A program made the translations under genes and the position numbers. Below the pieces are notes generated by a model, which saw nothing but the letters and a program-made list of their open reading frames with translations, did no database searches and was not told the origin of the DNA. A stretch of DNA of 64,000 nt. Source: Ruminococcaceae bacterium UBA794. GTDB taxonomy: Bacteria > Bacillota > Clostridia > Oscillospirales > Ruminococcaceae. The DNA lies in assembly GCA_002304735.1 (NCBI GenBank), contig DBIU01000015.1, forward strand, positions 13,314 to 77,313, in the 5' to 3' direction. Shown one piece after another: positions 28,590 to 39,877 of the stretch. The number at the start of each line of letters is the position of its first letter. The stretch's first letter is position 1.

Positions 28590-29369
28590 TTAATCATAGC
28601 AATATCCGCAGGGGTCCTCCTCGACTTCCGAGGAAAAAACCGCGACCTGCGGGAATTTTTTCGTAACAATTGCGGCTATCCTGTGCGAAGCGGCTTTTTC
28701 CGTGCCGTAATGCCCCGCGTCAACGAGCGCCATTCCGCAATTCTCCGCTTCAATCCAGAAATTATGCTTTATATCGCCCGAAATTATCGCGTCTACGCGC
28801 TTTTCACGCGCAAGCTCCATAACCTTGCCGTCAATTCCCGCGCCGCAGCACACCGCTATCCTGCTTATCGCGCGCTCCGTTTTAAGGTATTTCACGCAAT
28901 CGAGATAAAGCGACTTCCTGCAATGCTCCGCGAGCGCCTTAGACGTAAACTCGAACGGCGTATCGCATATCGCCCCGAAGCCGCTTCCGTCAGGCTGCGT
29001 AACCTCGAGAACCTCGCTTTTTTCAAAGCCCAGAAGCTCCAAAAGCGCGTCGTTTACGCCGCCCTCTGCTATGTCGAAATTCGTATGCACCGCAATCGCC
29101 GATATGTTCTTCTCGATAAGACCGCGCACGGGACTCCGGCTCGGTATGCTCTTAAGCCCGCCGAAAATCACCGGATGATGCGAAATAATCAGATTTGCGC
29201 CCTTTTCGGACGCTTCCTTTATCACCTTGTGCGTTATGTCAAGGCAGCAGCATATCCCCGTAACCTCGGTTTCTTCGCCGCCCACAAGCAATCCCACATT
29301 GTCAAAGCTCTCCGCCGTCCGAAACGGCGCGGTTTTATCCAAAAATTCAACAACTTCGCCTATCGTCAT
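28590..29369 (-). CDS. Nif3-like dinuclear metal centre protein
   Basis: DNVGLLVG, ISHHPVIF, HTNFD, DAGHYGTE. Confidence 0.93.
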   Translation of the reverse strand: MTIGEVVEFLDKTAPFRTAESFDNVGLLVGGEETEVTGICCCLDITHKVIKEASEKGANLIISHHPVIFGGLKSIPSRSPVRGLIEKNISAIAVHTNFDIAEGGVNDALLELLGFEKSEVLEVTQPDGSGFGAICDTPFEFTSKALAEHCRKSLYLDCVKYLKTERAISRIAVCCGAGIDGKVMELAREKRVDAIISGDIKHNFWIEAENCGMALVDAGHYGTEKAASHRIAAIVTKKFPQVAVFSSEVEEDPCGYCYD

Positions 29370-30024
29370 TTTCGCAGTCCACCGCTTTTCTCATAACAGC
29401 GTCAGCCAGCTTCCGAAGCCGCTCGGCTTCTTCGGCAAGCCCGCCCGATTTTTCCATTCCTCGCGCGTTTTTCCTCAGCTTCTCCGCAACCGCCTCAAGA
29501 TAAACCTTGTCGCGGTTTTTTCCGCAGAGAGCCTCGATTTCGCCGATTTCACGCGCTTTTCCCGTATAGCTCCACAGCATAACGGAGTAGATTTTTCCGC
29601 CGTCGCAGGCGGTTTTCTCCTCCAAAAGCTCAAATCCCGCGCCGTAAAGCCGTTTGCGCATAACCGCAGCCTTCGTCATCGGCTGCAAAATAAACCGCGT
29701 ATTTTCATTCTTGAAACGGCAGCGCTCCGCGATTTCCGCGATAAGCTCGCCGCCCATTCCGCATATTATCACGTCGTCGGCATAGTCAATCCCGTCAAGC
29801 CCGTCCGATTTCACCGTCAAAACGCCCTTTGCGTTAAGCTCCGAAAGCGTTCTCCGCGCGGCTTCGAGCGGTCCGTCCTTAATGTCCGACGCAATTACGC
29901 GGCAATTCTTCTCAAGTGCCAGAGCGGCGGCAAGCCTTGCGTGGTCGCAGCCAACGTCAACCGACGTCGCGCCGCTTCTGCAAAAGCCAAACGCCGCTTT
30001 GAGCCTGTTGTCAAGATTAACCAA
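29347..30024 (-). CDS. trmK: tRNA (adenine22-N1)-methyltransferase
   Basis: DVGCDHA, SDGL, ICGMGGELI, ILQPM. Confidence 0.92.
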   Translation of the reverse strand: MVNLDNRLKAAFGFCRSGATSVDVGCDHARLAAALALEKNCRVIASDIKDGPLEAARRTLSELNAKGVLTVKSDGLDGIDYADDVIICGMGGELIAEIAERCRFKNENTRFILQPMTKAAVMRKRLYGAGFELLEEKTACDGGKIYSVMLWSYTGKAREIGEIEALCGKNRDKVYLEAVAEKLRKNARGMEKSGGLAEEAERLRKLADAVMRKAVDCENDDRRSC

Positions 30025-30026
30025 AA

Positions 30027-30227
30027 TCAGCCGTTAATCGCTTCGTTGAGCTGCTTCACGATTTCGTCCGCGTCAACTCCGTGAACCATACAAGCCTGTC
30101 CGATAGACTCGCCGCGCGCGGACGGGCAGCCGAGGCAGTGCATTCCCATTCCCATAAGGATAGGAGCGGCAGCCTCCGCGTTAACCTCAAGAATATCGCC
30201 TATAAGCGTATCAACCGTAATATTCAT
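30027..30227 (-). CDS. DUF1858 domain protein (hybrid-cluster-associated redox disulfide domain)
   Basis: GMHCLGCPSARGESIGQACMVHG. Confidence 0.9.
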   Translation of the reverse strand: MNITVDTLIGDILEVNAEAAAPILMGMGMHCLGCPSARGESIGQACMVHGVDADEIVKQLNEAING

Positions 30228-30384
30228 AATTTTACTTCCTTTCATAATGCATATTGCATAACAATATATACATTTTATATTATATCACATTATTTGCGGT
30301 TTGTCTACTACAAATTTAATTTGTTCGGGAAAATTCACAAATTGTCGCAAATTATTTTGTTAAAAATCACAGAGGTGAGTAGTT

Positions 30385-31134
30385 TTGCGGGATTTCTTCA
30401 TCGGCTTTCCAAACCGTCTTGAGCTTTTCGGAGCGCTTCACGCAGCCGTTTCGGCTATTTTCATCGTTTTGTTCGCGGGCGTTGTCGCTCTCCGAAAAAA
30501 GCTTTCGGAACCGCGCTTTCATATTATCGGGAAAATCTCGGCTTATATTCTTCTCGCAAATATGCTCGTTCACTATTCCTCGAGAATAATCCTCGGGATT
30601 TGGTCGATTGAGGAGGATTTACCGCTGCATCTTTGCTTTATCACGAATTTTTTTATGATTTATATTCTCCTCACGGACGACAGGCGCGGATTTTACGAAA
30701 TTATCTACTATTTCACCGTCATAGGTCCGCTTCCCGCGATGATTTTCCCCGATTTGCGGTTTTCGCCCGAAAGCTGGATTTTCTGGCAGTTTGTCATAAG
30801 TCACCATTTTATGCTGCTCGCGAGCGTTTTTTGTCTTGCCGTCAAGGGGTACGCGGTTTCGCTGCGCGGCGGCGCTTTAGCGTTTATTGCGGGAAACGTC
30901 TATATCGCGCTCGTTTCGCTGTTCAACAGGCTTGCGGGCACGAATTACGCTATGATAAACGCGCTCCCCGAACAGCTTTACGAAATATTTCCGTTTCTTT
31001 CCGCTCTGCCGCCGATTGTCCCGCTTGAAGCGGCGGGAGTTCTTTCCCTCGCCGCGGCGTATAAATTCGCAGCCGCGTTCGGAAAGAACGTTCGACGCGG
31101 GGAAAAAAGCGGATTTCACGGAAAGACGGTGTAA
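30385..31134 (+). CDS. YwaF/TMEM164-family integral membrane protein
   Basis: LPLHLC, P..A..FPD, F..SH, N...GTNY. Confidence 0.85.
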   Translation: MRDFFIGFPNRLELFGALHAAVSAIFIVLFAGVVALRKKLSEPRFHIIGKISAYILLANMLVHYSSRIILGIWSIEEDLPLHLCFITNFFMIYILLTDDRRGFYEIIYYFTVIGPLPAMIFPDLRFSPESWIFWQFVISHHFMLLASVFCLAVKGYAVSLRGGALAFIAGNVYIALVSLFNRLAGTNYAMINALPEQLYEIFPFLSALPPIVPLEAAGVLSLAAAYKFAAAFGKNVRRGEKSGFHGKTV

Positions 31135-31245
31135 TTTCTCGGAAATTTCACAAAAGTGTATTATCATTAATAACAATAAAATGCGCTGAATATATTTTTT
31201 ATTAGTAAATATTAACAATTATCAAATTCAGACAGGCTAACTCGC

Positions 31246-31274
31246 TTGACAAATGATTTTTATTGATGTATAAT
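31246..31274 (+). promoter_or_regulatory. Consensus sigma-A promoter
   Basis: TTGACA-N17-TATAAT. Confidence 0.85.
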
Positions 31275-31324
31275 AAACAAAGTTTTTCCGAAAACTAAAT
31301 AAAGATAAATTTATGAGGTGTATT

Positions 31325-31675
31325 ATGAACAAGACAATCAAATCGGTTATGGCAGTTCTCGTAATTCTCACGCTTTGCGTAGGTCTGCTCGCAGGCTGCG
31401 GCGGAAGCAGCCCCGTAGGCGACTGGAAGGTTACCGGCGCAGAGGCTATGGGACAGAGCGTTGACCCCGCTGAAATGGGCGATACCGCAAGCACCATTAT
31501 GACGCTTAACGAGGACGGCACAATCACTGTAAACGGTCAGGACAGCGGCACATGGAAGCTCGACGGCGACAAGCTTTCCATCTCCGAGAACGGCATTTCT
31601 CTCGAAGCAACATATAACGGCACAAACATCATTATCGATATGGGATTTGCAAAGATTACATACTCCCGCGCTTAA
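31325..31675 (+). CDS. Small beta-rich lipoprotein (lipocalin-like)
   Basis: Signal peptide with lipobox LAGC; VGDW and GTWKLDG motifs. Confidence 0.85.
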   Translation: MNKTIKSVMAVLVILTLCVGLLAGCGGSSPVGDWKVTGAEAMGQSVDPAEMGDTASTIMTLNEDGTITVNGQDSGTWKLDGDKLSISENGISLEATYNGTNIIIDMGFAKITYSRA

Positions 31676-31698
31676 TCGGTTTGCCCGATAACACTATG

Positions 31699-31727
31699 AA
31701 GCCCTCGCTTAAATGCGGGGGTTTTTT
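31699..31727 (+). terminator. Intrinsic terminator after the lipoprotein gene
   Basis: AAGCCCTCGC-loop-GCGGGGGTT followed by a T run. Confidence 0.7.
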
Positions 31728-31728
31728 G

Positions 31729-31757
31729 TTGACTTTTTCATTAAAATGTGTTATAAT
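31729..31757 (+). promoter_or_regulatory. Sigma-A promoter of leuS
   Basis: TTGACT-N17-TATAAT with TG extension. Confidence 0.8.
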
Positions 31758-31789
31758 ATTGCTATATTTTATTGAAAGGAATTATCACT

Positions 31790-34219
31790 ATGAAGTACGA
31801 CTTCAAAGCCATTGAAAATAAATGGCAAAAATACTGGGACGAACACCGCACGTTCCATACCGAAAACGACTACTCAAAGCCGAAATACTACGCGCTCGTT
31901 GAGTTTCCGTACCCCTCGGGCGACGGTCTGCACGTCGGTCACCCGCGCCCTTATACCGCTATGGATATCGTTGCGAGAAAGCGCCGTATGCAGGGCTATA
32001 ACGTCCTTTTCCCTATGGGCTGGGACGCGTTCGGTCTGCCTACCGAAAACTACGCTATAAAAAATAAAATTCACCCCGCAATCGTTACCGAAAGAAACAT
32101 AAACCGTTTCCGCAGCCAGCTTCAGTCGCTCGGCCTTTCTTTCGACTGGGAGCGCGAGGTCAACACCACCGACCCCAACTACTTCAAATGGACGCAGTGG
32201 ATTTTCCTTAAGCTGTTTAACGCGGGGCTTGCTTATAAAAAGGAAATGAGCGTTAACTGGTGTACGCAGTGCAAGGTCGTTCTCGCGAACGAAGAAGTCG
32301 TTAACGGCACCTGCGAGCGCTGCCACGGCGAAGTTATCCATAAGGTTAAAAATCAATGGATGCTTAAAATTACCGAGTACGCGCAGCGCCTCCTCGACGA
32401 CCTCGACTCGGTTGACTACTTCGAGAAGATTAAAACCGCGCAGGTTAACTGGATAGGACGCTCCACGGGCGCGGAGGTTACGTTTAAGACGACGCTCGGC
32501 GACGATTTGCTCATCTACACAACGCGCCCCGATACGCTTTTCGGCGCGACTTATATGGTTATCTCCCCCGAACACCCGCTTATCGAAAAGTGGGCGGGCG
32601 AAAACAATCTCGCAAACATTGACGCCGTTCGCGCTTATCAGGCGGAGGCGGCGAAAAAGTCCGATTTCGACAGAACCGAAATGAACAAGGACAAGACGGG
32701 CGTTATGCTTGACGGCGTTAAGGCGGTTAATCCCGTGAACGGCTCGGAAATCCCCATTTTCATCTCGGATTACGTTCTTATGAGCTACGGAACGGGCGCG
32801 ATTATGGCTGTTCCCGCGCACGACACCCGCGACCACGAGTTCGCGGAGAAGTTCAACCTCCCGATTATCGAAGTCGTTAAGGGCGGCGAGGACGTTCAGA
32901 AAGAAGCGTTCACGGACTGCGCCACGGGAATTATGGTTAATTCCGGCTTCCTTGACGGGCTTTCCGTTGACGACGCTAAGGTTAAAATCAAGGATTGGCT
33001 CACCGAAAAGGGTATCGGGCACGAAAAGGTTAACTTCAAGCTCCGCGACTGGGTTTTCTCGCGTCAGAGATACTGGGGCGAGCCTATTCCCGTCGTTTAC
33101 TGCGAAAAATGCGGCTGGGTCGGTCTGCCCGAAAGCGAGCTGCCGCTGAAATTGCCCGAAGTTGAAAGCTATATGCCCACGGATAACGGCGAAAGCCCGC
33201 TTTCTACTCTCGAAAGCTTCATCAACACCACTTGTCCGAAATGCGGCGGCGCGGCAAAGCGCGAAACCGATACTATGCCGCAGTGGGCGGGCTCGTCGTG
33301 GTACTTCCTGCGCTATACCGACCCCAAAAACGACAAGGAGCTTGCTTCAAAGGAAGCGCTTAAATACTGGCTTCCCGTTGATTGGTACAACGGCGGTATG
33401 GAACACACCACGCTTCACCTTCTTTACAGCCGCTTCTGGCACAAGTTCCTCTATGACCAAGGCATTGTTCCCACAAAGGAACCGTATGCAAAGCGCACTT
33501 CGCACGGTATGATTCTCGGCGTTGACCCGAAAAATCCCGGAAAGTTCTGCAAGATGTCAAAGTCGCTCCACAACGTCGTTAATCCGGACGAGGTTATCGC
33601 GGAATACGGCGCGGATACTATGCGTCTGTATGAGATGTTCGTCGGCGACTTCGAGAAAGCCGCTCCGTGGCAGGAAAACGGCATTAAGGGCTGCAAGCGC
33701 TTCCTTGAGAGAATTTGGAATATGTCCGAAAACCTCAAGGACGGCGACGAGTACAGCGAAAAGCTTTGCTCCGCTATGCACAAGACAATCAAGAAGGTTT
33801 CCGAGGACATTGAAACGCTTAAATTCAACACCGCAATAGCGACTATGATGGCGCTCATAAACGCTGCGGAAGAAGCGGGCGGCTTCAACAGAGCCGAGTT
33901 CAGGTCGTTCCTCATTATGCTCAACCCGTTCGCTCCGCATATCACCGAGGAGCTGTTCAGCACGCTCGGCTTCGGTATCCTAAACGAAGCGAAGTGGGTC
34001 GAATACGACGAGAAGCTTTGCGCGGACTCTACCGTTGAAATCGTCGTTCAGATTAACGGCAAGGTTAAGGGCCGCTTTAACGCGCCCGCAGGCTCGGACA
34101 AGGACGAGCTTATCCGCCTCGCTCTCGAACAGGACGATATCAAGGCGATTGTCGATGGAAAGACGATTGTAAAGCAGATTGCCGTTCCCGATAAGCTTGT
34201 AAATATCGTTGTGAAGTAA
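31790..34219 (+). CDS. leuS: Leucine--tRNA ligase
   Basis: [60 protein letters not shown]. Confidence 0.98.
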   Translation: MKYDFKAIENKWQKYWDEHRTFHTENDYSKPKYYALVEFPYPSGDGLHVGHPRPYTAMDIVARKRRMQGYNVLFPMGWDAFGLPTENYAIKNKIHPAIVTERNINRFRSQLQSLGLSFDWEREVNTTDPNYFKWTQWIFLKLFNAGLAYKKEMSVNWCTQCKVVLANEEVVNGTCERCHGEVIHKVKNQWMLKITEYAQRLLDDLDSVDYFEKIKTAQVNWIGRSTGAEVTFKTTLGDDLLIYTTRPDTLFGATYMVISPEHPLIEKWAGENNLANIDAVRAYQAEAAKKSDFDRTEMNKDKTGVMLDGVKAVNPVNGSEIPIFISDYVLMSYGTGAIMAVPAHDTRDHEFAEKFNLPIIEVVKGGEDVQKEAFTDCATGIMVNSGFLDGLSVDDAKVKIKDWLTEKGIGHEKVNFKLRDWVFSRQRYWGEPIPVVYCEKCGWVGLPESELPLKLPEVESYMPTDNGESPLSTLESFINTTCPKCGGAAKRETDTMPQWAGSSWYFLRYTDPKNDKELASKEALKYWLPVDWYNGGMEHTTLHLLYSRFWHKFLYDQGIVPTKEPYAKRTSHGMILGVDPKNPGKFCKMSKSLHNVVNPDEVIAEYGADTMRLYEMFVGDFEKAAPWQENGIKGCKRFLERIWNMSENLKDGDEYSEKLCSAMHKTIKKVSEDIETLKFNTAIATMMALINAAEEAGGFNRAEFRSFLIMLNPFAPHITEELFSTLGFGILNEAKWVEYDEKLCADSTVEIVVQINGKVKGRFNAPAGSDKDELIRLALEQDDIKAIVDGKTIVKQIAVPDKLVNIVVK

Positions 34220-34235
34220 TTCTGCAAAATAAATT

Positions 34236-34267
34236 ATCCCGCGAGCGTAAACTCGCGGGATTTTTTT
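34236..34267 (+). terminator. Intrinsic terminator after leuS
   Basis: ATCCCGCGAG-loop-CTCGCGGGAT plus T run. Confidence 0.85.
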
Positions 34268-34281
34268 GTTATGAATAGCGA

Positions 34282-34319
34282 AAGCCGCCTCCGACTTTTC
34301 ATCGGAAGCGGCTCTTTTT
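34282..34319 (-). terminator. Hairpin after the cellobiose phosphorylase gene
   Basis: AGCCGCCTCCGA-loop-TCGGAAGCGGCT. Confidence 0.65.
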
Positions 34320-34336
34320 CACTGTTTTCGCTAAAA

Positions 34337-36811
34337 TCAGCCGAGAGTTACGACTACTTCGTGAACTCCGCCGTTCTGTACGGGAATTACGTTGCCCGCA
34401 ACTTCATTTCCGTCAACAGTCATCGACTTAACGCCCTTGCAAACGTGGTTCGGGTTCTTAACTGTGATGTTGTAGGTTGCGCCGCGGAATTGACGCGAAA
34501 CCTTCATTCCGTCCCACTCGTGAGGAATGGACGGGTCAATCTTCAGTCCGTCGAAATCAGCCGCAATACCGAGAATATACTGCGAAATCGCAACCATATT
34601 CCACGCAGCCGTACCCGTAAGCCAGCTGTTCTTGCCCTGACCGAAGTTGTCGCCGGGCTTTCCGATGTCCGCGCCTGCGTCCTTGCCGCCTATCATCTGA
34701 CCGTAAACGTAAGGCTCGGTCTTGTGAATATCGGAGGTGTCCTCGGTGAACGCGGGAGCAATCTCGGAATAGTACTTGAACGCCTGGTCGCCCTCGCCCG
34801 CATATGCCGCAGCGCAGATAATCCACGCGTTGTTGTGAGTGAAGATGCCTGCGTTCTCCTTGTATCCGCCGGGATAGGTCGAAATTTCACCGTACTGAAT
34901 ATAGTATTTGGTGAACGCGGGATTGTTGAGTACAAGACCAAACTTGGTGTTGAGTCTTTCGTCAATAGCCTTGAGCGTCTTTTTGGAAGCCTCGGCGTCG
35001 ATATCGGACATAATCGCGAAGCCCTGCGGCTCAATGAAAATCTGTCCTTCCTCGCACTCCTTGGAGCCCATCTTCTTGCCCTCGGCGTCATAAGCTCTGA
35101 GGAACCAATCGCCGTCCCACGCGGAATCCATCATCGCTTTCTTCATCTTGTCAATCTCAGCCTGCGCCTTTGCAGCTTCATCGGTCTTGCCGAGATGATT
35201 GAGAATATTGACGTAATTCGGTCCCGCATAAGTGAAGAGCGCGCCGACAAACGCGGATTCCGCAACCTTTGAGTATCCGCCCTCCGCCTTGAACTTCGGG
35301 TTGGTGTAGGTCTGGAAGGACTCGCCGGGCGTGTCGGAATAGCAGGAGAGGTTGATGCAGTCGTTCCAGTCCGCGCGCATCGCAAGCGGCAGACCGTGAG
35401 GACCGAGATTGTTTACAATGTGATAGAACGAAACCTTGAGGTGGTCGAGCATCGGCTGTGCAATCGACATATCGTTGTCGTAAGGCACCATTTCATCGAG
35501 AATTGTCCAATCGCCCGTTTCCTTGATGTACGCGGAAACCGAGAGAATGAGCCAAAGCGGGTCGTCCGAGAAATCGCCGCCGATATCCGCGTTGCCCTTC
35601 TTAGTGAGGGGCTGATACTGGTGATAGCAGCCGCCGTCCGGGAACTGCGTGGAAGCGATATCGATAATTCTCTCTCTTGCTCTGTCGGGAATTTGATGAA
35701 CGAAGCCGAGAACGTCCTGGTTGGAGTCGCGGAAGCCCATTCCGCGTCCGATACCGCTCTCGAAATAGGAAGCGGAGCGCGAAAGGTTGAACGTAACCAT
35801 ACACTGATACTGATTCCAGATATTAACCATACGGTTAACCTTGTCATCGGGAGTATCAACGTTGAGTATTCCGAGCAGCTTATCCCACGTTTCTTTAAGC
35901 TCCTTAAGTCCTGCGGCAACCTTTTCGGGAGTGTTGTACTTCTCAATCATTGCGTTGGACTTAACCTTGTTGATTGTCTTGCCGTCTGCCTCGAATTTCT
36001 CCGCAACGGGCATTTCAACATAGCCGAGAATGAACACGAGCGTCTTGCTCTCGCCTGCGGCAAGGGTGATTTCCTTGTAGTGCGAAGCGATAGGCGACCA
36101 GCCGTCCGCGAAAGAGTTGTTCGCCTTGCCGTCAAGAACAGCCTGCGGATTGTGGAAGCCGTTGTACAAGCCGATAAAGGAATCGCGGTCCGTGTCGTAG
36201 CCGTCGATAGTATCGTTTACCGTATAGAACGCGAAATGGTCGCGTCTGTCGCGGTATTCGGTCTTGTGATAAATCGTCGAGCCGACTACCTCGACGCGTC
36301 CCGTAGAGAAGTTTCTCTGGAAGTTTGTGCAGTCGTCCTGAGCGTCCCAAAGGCACCACTCCGCAAACGACCACAGCTTGAACGTCTTGGGAGCGCCGCT
36401 CTCGTTTGTGAGAACAAGCTGCTGAACCTCGCCGTCATAATTCTGCGGAACGAAGAAAGTAGCCTCAGCCTTAAGTCCGTTCTTCTTACCGGTGATAACG
36501 GTATAGCCCATACCGTGGCGGCACTCATAGCTGTCAAGCTCGGTCTTTACGGGCGACCAGCCGGGATTCCAGATAGTGTCGCCGTCCTTGATGTAGAAAT
36601 ATCTTCCGCCCATATCAATAGGCACGTTGTTATAGCGATAACGCGTAATTCTGCGAAGTCTAGCGTCCTTATAGAAGCTGTATCCGCCCGCAGTATTGGA
36701 AATAAGCGAGAAAAAGCCCTGCGTTCCGAGATAGTTTATCCACGGATAGGGAGTGCGCGGGGAGGTGATGACGTACTCTTTGGCAGCGTCGTCAAAATGT
36801 CCGAATTTCAT
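34337..36811 (-). CDS. cbpA: Cellobiose phosphorylase (GH94)
   Basis: [62 protein letters not shown]. Confidence 0.92.
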   Translation of the reverse strand: MKFGHFDDAAKEYVITSPRTPYPWINYLGTQGFFSLISNTAGGYSFYKDARLRRITRYRYNNVPIDMGGRYFYIKDGDTIWNPGWSPVKTELDSYECRHGMGYTVITGKKNGLKAEATFFVPQNYDGEVQQLVLTNESGAPKTFKLWSFAEWCLWDAQDDCTNFQRNFSTGRVEVVGSTIYHKTEYRDRRDHFAFYTVNDTIDGYDTDRDSFIGLYNGFHNPQAVLDGKANNSFADGWSPIASHYKEITLAAGESKTLVFILGYVEMPVAEKFEADGKTINKVKSNAMIEKYNTPEKVAAGLKELKETWDKLLGILNVDTPDDKVNRMVNIWNQYQCMVTFNLSRSASYFESGIGRGMGFRDSNQDVLGFVHQIPDRARERIIDIASTQFPDGGCYHQYQPLTKKGNADIGGDFSDDPLWLILSVSAYIKETGDWTILDEMVPYDNDMSIAQPMLDHLKVSFYHIVNNLGPHGLPLAMRADWNDCINLSCYSDTPGESFQTYTNPKFKAEGGYSKVAESAFVGALFTYAGPNYVNILNHLGKTDEAAKAQAEIDKMKKAMMDSAWDGDWFLRAYDAEGKKMGSKECEEGQIFIEPQGFAIMSDIDAEASKKTLKAIDERLNTKFGLVLNNPAFTKYYIQYGEISTYPGGYKENAGIFTHNNAWIICAAAYAGEGDQAFKYYSEIAPAFTEDTSDIHKTEPYVYGQMIGGKDAGADIGKPGDNFGQGKNSWLTGTAAWNMVAISQYILGIAADFDGLKIDPSIPHEWDGMKVSRQFRGATYNITVKNPNHVCKGVKSMTVDGNEVAGNVIPVQNGGVHEVVVTLG

Positions 36812-36866
36812 TGGTTCATACCGTCCTTCCTTATTTTGGCAACAGATATACATTGCCCTACTATAA

Positions 36867-36913
36867 ATTATACTCTATTTGGCGCATAATTACAAGTCCT
36901 GAAAACGTTTCAC
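36867..36913 (-). promoter_or_regulatory. Sigma-A promoter of cellobiose phosphorylase with LacI-type operator (36900-36913)
   Basis: Minus strand TTGTAA-N17-TATAAT; adjacent TGAAAACGTTTCAC. Confidence 0.6.
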
Positions 36914-36980
36914 CGCGAGCGCATTTCAAACAAATTTTTAATGCTTTTTATAGTAATTTTGACGAAAATTCTCTTTTTGC

Positions 36981-37009
36981 TTGTCCATTCTTTATTATTA
37001 TGTTATAAT
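36981..37009 (+). promoter_or_regulatory. Sigma-A promoter of tgt
   Basis: TTGTCC-N17-TATAAT with TG extension. Confidence 0.65.
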
Positions 37010-37047
37010 AAGCCTATGCGTTTATATTCATAAAAAGCAAGGAGTAA

Positions 37048-38187
<1,140 letters not shown>

Positions 38188-38207
38188 CGCGGAGCAAGGG
38201 TGCTTTT

Positions 38208-38771
38208 ATGTCCTTTATCGAACTTTTCCTCGTTGCGGCGGGGCTTTCCGCAGACGCATTTGCGGTCGCTCTCGCCGACGGTCTTAGCCTAAAACGCCGC
38301 AGAAAAGGCGCTGTTATCGCGTTTATGTTCGGGCTTTTTCAGGCGCTTATGCCGATTATCGGTTTCCTGCTCGGAAGCAATTTCGCGGGGCTGATTTCCT
38401 CGGTTGACCACTGCATAGCGCTCGGAGTGCTTGGATTTATCGGCGGTAAAATGATAATCGAGAGCGTCCGCGAGCTTCGCGACGACGATTACTGCGCTCC
38501 CGAAAACAAAGACCCGTCTTTCCCGACAATTCTTCTTCAAGCCGCCGCGACAAGCATTGACGCGCTTATGGTCGGAGTTTCTTTCGCGGCAATCGGCGTA
38601 AAAATCGTTCCCGCAGCCGCTTTTATCGGCACGGTCACTTTCGCGATTTCCCTCGCGGGGATTTTCGGCGGAAGGAAATTCGGGCTTAAACTCGGCGCAA
38701 AAGCGGAGCTTCTCGGCGGAATTGTTCTCGTTGCAATCGGCGCTAAGACCTTTCTGGAACATATTTTGTGA
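38208..38771 (+). CDS. mntP: Manganese efflux pump MntP family
   Basis: GLSADAFAVA, FGLFQALMP, ATSIDALMVG, AELLGGIVL. Confidence 0.92.
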   Translation: MSFIELFLVAAGLSADAFAVALADGLSLKRRRKGAVIAFMFGLFQALMPIIGFLLGSNFAGLISSVDHCIALGVLGFIGGKMIIESVRELRDDDYCAPENKDPSFPTILLQAAATSIDALMVGVSFAAIGVKIVPAAAFIGTVTFAISLAGIFGGRKFGLKLGAKAELLGGIVLVAIGAKTFLEHIL

Positions 38772-38779
38772 GGATAATT

Positions 38780-39427
38780 ATGATAAAGGCTGCTATTTTC
38801 GACCTCGACGGCACTCTGCTCAATTCAGCCGAAGCGTGGGAAACGCTCGGCGAACGCTTTCTCGCAGAGCTTAATATTGCGCCGAAAAACGGACTTCGCG
38901 ACGAAATTTGGGATATGTCGCTGCCCGAAAGCGCGGCTTTTTTGAAGCGGGAATATTCCTTACCGCTTGATGAAAGTGAAATTTTCGCGCGGCTCGTTTC
39001 GCTCTCCGAAAGCGTTTACACCCGCGAAGCTCCGCTGAAGCGCGGAGTTAAGCGGCTTCTCGGCTCGCTTGAAATGCTTACGATAAAGTGTGCCGTCGCT
39101 ACCGCCGCCGACAAAGACCTCGCAATTTCCGCTCTCGAAAGGAACCGCGTTTCGGGGTACTTTTCGGGCGTATTTTCCTGTTCGGATTGCGGCGCGAAAA
39201 CGAAGCCCGATATTTTCCTCAACGCCGCCGAATTTCTCGGAGAAATTCCCGCCGAAACACTCGTTTTCGAGGACTCGCTTTCCGCTGTCCGAACCGCGAA
39301 AAACGCGGGTTTTATCACGGCGGCGGTTTACGATAAATCCGAAAAACAGCCCGATTTGCTCCGCGAAACCGCCGATTTTTACGGCGAAACTCTTGACGAT
39401 TTGCGGAAAATGATTTTTATGAAATAA
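38780..39427 (+). CDS. HAD-family phosphatase
   Basis: AIFDLDGTL, K..PDIF, VFEDS. Confidence 0.92.
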   Translation: MIKAAIFDLDGTLLNSAEAWETLGERFLAELNIAPKNGLRDEIWDMSLPESAAFLKREYSLPLDESEIFARLVSLSESVYTREAPLKRGVKRLLGSLEMLTIKCAVATAADKDLAISALERNRVSGYFSGVFSCSDCGAKTKPDIFLNAAEFLGEIPAETLVFEDSLSAVRTAKNAGFITAAVYDKSEKQPDLLRETADFYGETLDDLRKMIFMK

Positions 39428-39430
39428 CAA

Positions 39431-39460
39431 AATCCCGAAAAGTTCGCGCTTTTCGGGATT
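39431..39460. terminator. Hairpin between convergent genes
   Basis: AATCCCGAAAAG-loop-CTTTTCGGGATT. Confidence 0.7.
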
Positions 39461-39463
39461 GCT

Positions 39464-39791
39464 TTATTTTGAGTTTTTTGAAATGTAAATCGATGAAATT
39501 ATCGCAAAAATCAGCGTTCCCGCTGCAACCGCCATTACCGCGTAAAACAACCAATTTGTTTTCAGCAAAACCTCCGCTGCGTTTAGCAGGAGAATTGCCG
39601 AAATCATCAGAAGTATCACTGCTGTTTGCCTGTAAAGCGGCTTTTTATTAAGCTTTTCGCGCTCCTGCGGCGAAGCGAAGATGTATGCGTTATTGAACAG
39701 AAAGCCTTTTTCATTGAACGAAAAAAATGCTCGCCACAAACACTGCCAGCGCCGAAACTCCCAAAATTATCGAAATAATTATCTCCGGCAT
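39464..39791 (-). pseudogene. Frameshifted small membrane protein (DUF3784-like)
   Basis: ATG 39791 gives MPEIIISIILGVSALAVFVASIFFVQ*; removing one base from the 7-nt run at 39721-39727 joins it to SFNEKGFLFNNAYIFAS... Confidence 0.7.
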
Positions 39792-39877
39792 TTCATACCT
39801 CTTTTTCTAAAATCTCTTACACGCAAAAAGCCGCTCTCGTTTTCCGAAAGCGGCAATTTTATACAGCTAATCGGAGA

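Noticed and set aside
35396..36889. 497-aa antisense ORF, and similar ones at 9696-11033, 18989-20194, 25782-26861, 31874-33022 and 34271-35272
   Set aside because: Each fully overlaps a clearly identified gene on the opposite strand and shows shadow-frame composition
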